A stretch of DNA of 64,000 nt from Pavona decussata (taxonomy: Eukaryota), in assembly GCA_977016875.1 (NCBI GenBank), contig CDRNST010000180.1, positions 2,108,001 through 2,172,000 on the forward strand, given 5' to 3'. Of the stretch, positions 62,301-64,000 are shown piece by piece. How positions within the stretch are numbered: position 1 is the stretch's first letter; the number at the start of each line of letters is the position of its first letter. The notes under the pieces were generated by a model. It was not told where the DNA came from. It worked only from the letters and a program-made list of their open reading frames with translations, and ran no database searches. The position numbers were made by a program, and so were the translations under genes.

Positions 62301-64000
62301 TTACATTTTATCTGATGAAAACCGAGCCTATTCATGGCTAAATGCATTCATATGAATTCGTTTTGTTTGTTCAGCCTACAACAAGCACGACTATATCTGT
62401 CTTAATTGAATTACCACGGCCTTACAAATAAAGACAACTACTTTTACAGTGGATCAATTATACTCTACTGGAGCACGAAATAGCCAGGGTTTGGAGCATG
62501 TTGGTTCTTGTTTCCTTAAAAATGAAGCTTTATTATTAAAACTCTCTCAAGTAACTCGAATTATAGCCTGTAGTGACTTTTAAATCTGTAATTTCGGTTC
62601 GAACCAATTCAAGCTATACCGGTGTTGGGCGGTTCAGCTTTCCATGTCTTTCGAATTGAAATGAGCACATAAAAGGTCAGTTTTAGATGCTATCTGTCCA
62701 ATGATTTAAGTAAAACAGAATAAAGCTTTAAAGCGACCGTTTTCACATTGAAAAGGCGGCAAAGAATCGTCGATATGAAAACTTAAACAAACAGAAGGAG
62801 ACATTTTTGTTATGTGCACCTTCATTGAGTAAACAAGTTTCCATTGAGCAGTGTTTTGTAAATTTGTGGTCTTGTCACCCCGTGGGTCCGCATTCTAATT
62901 ATTTTTACAAGATTCAAACTTTTAAAGTTTATCGCAGCTTATTTAATTCAACGTAAGGCCGATAATCTTTTCCTGGTGTTTAATTTTGGAAGTGCACTAC
63001 AACCAAAATGACTAAGTCCTGCGTTTGTTGTGAGCAGAATAAAAAGTAAATGGTTGCGAACATTGTTCGCTTAGGCTTCTAAAGTAAATTTAAGTACAAA
63101 TCTCGTGCGTGGATCTAATTAATTCATTGCAAAAGTTAAACAATTTTGTTTTCTGTATATTTTGACTTTTATCACTGTGAGAACTGGATTTGCATGTCGG
63201 TCTCATGGAGTCAGGTTTCGCCTTTTTGTGTTCGTATCTTCAATTTTTTCCTTGCTCTCCGACACATAACAACTGTTTCTTTATAAACTATTCCCCCGCT
63301 CCGTATCTAAAAGAATTATCTTCTCTTATATTGTCAAAATTCAAAAGCGTGGAAAAATTATTTTCCGCTGTGAGACATAACCGACTTATAAAGAAACTGA
63401 GTCTATAAGATGCTATACGTACTCAAAGGAAGACATATTTTCTTGTCAAAACATGTATAGTGAACACAGAATACCGCGCGTAACCTTTCTTCCCTTATAA
63501 TTGACGCAAATAAATTTTAAAGGACCGAGAGTTTAAAGGAATTGAGACTTATCTACCTTTATATTTTAACCAAAACTGTCGCTGAGACTTCCAAATGTTA
63601 CCATTAAGAAAATAATGAAAGGCGGCAAGCTACAGTCCACGGCGAAGGACTCATGCTCAGCTTAAATGGCAACCGGTAACACGGAGCCTTGATTTGTACA
63701 TACTACCGCATTCATCTTTGCCTAAAACTGAATTGATTTTACGCTAAGACGAACCACTGACCTGTTAGAAAAGTATTTTAACTTTTCCAAGCGAGAGATC
63801 GACTGTTCACCGATCTCTCTATAGCTAGTGATTTAACTTTTAGAATATCACAAATTAAGCAACGGTACGTTTGAAACAAGGACAAGTTTACGTTTGGTAT
63901 TAAAACAAAACGACACACAAAAAGGAAGAAAAAGTACGTCCACTTTGTCACGTAGAAAGTGTACTTCGTAAATACTATCGTGCCGTATTTTAACAAGAAG

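Overview
AT-rich animal genomic DNA, most likely a scleractinian coral (inferred from the homeobox genes and repeat landscape), covering part of the cnidarian Hox cluster. Four intact-looking two-exon homeobox genes lie on the minus strand. Three are tandem copies of an anterior (PG1-like) Hox gene of the Anthox6/HoxA (antpC) type: CDS 18894-18540+15991-15567, 32466-32133+29631-29216 and 42397-42043+39505-39090. The fourth is Evx (59212-58924+55545-55049), upstream of them. The main result is the Anthox6 triplication, whose history can be read from the sequence. The older junction (~28450) fuses a truncated tRNA-Glu copy to sequence downstream of HoxA. The younger duplication (27253-37098 / 37093-44597) has a 6-bp TCTGCA microhomology at its junction. 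The copies then diverged through a ~2.3 kb upstream deletion, copy-specific transposon insertions, a new NAGNAG acceptor, a repeat-mediated 21-nt deletion and homeodomain substitutions. Also present: an eh1-like motif in Evx, a candidate small convergent gene, degenerate hammerhead ribozyme motifs, a Crypton/ZMYM-like recombinase remnant, double-hairpin elements, LINE fragments, MITEs and a ~106-bp satellite. All alignments were done by eye and repeat boundaries are approximate.
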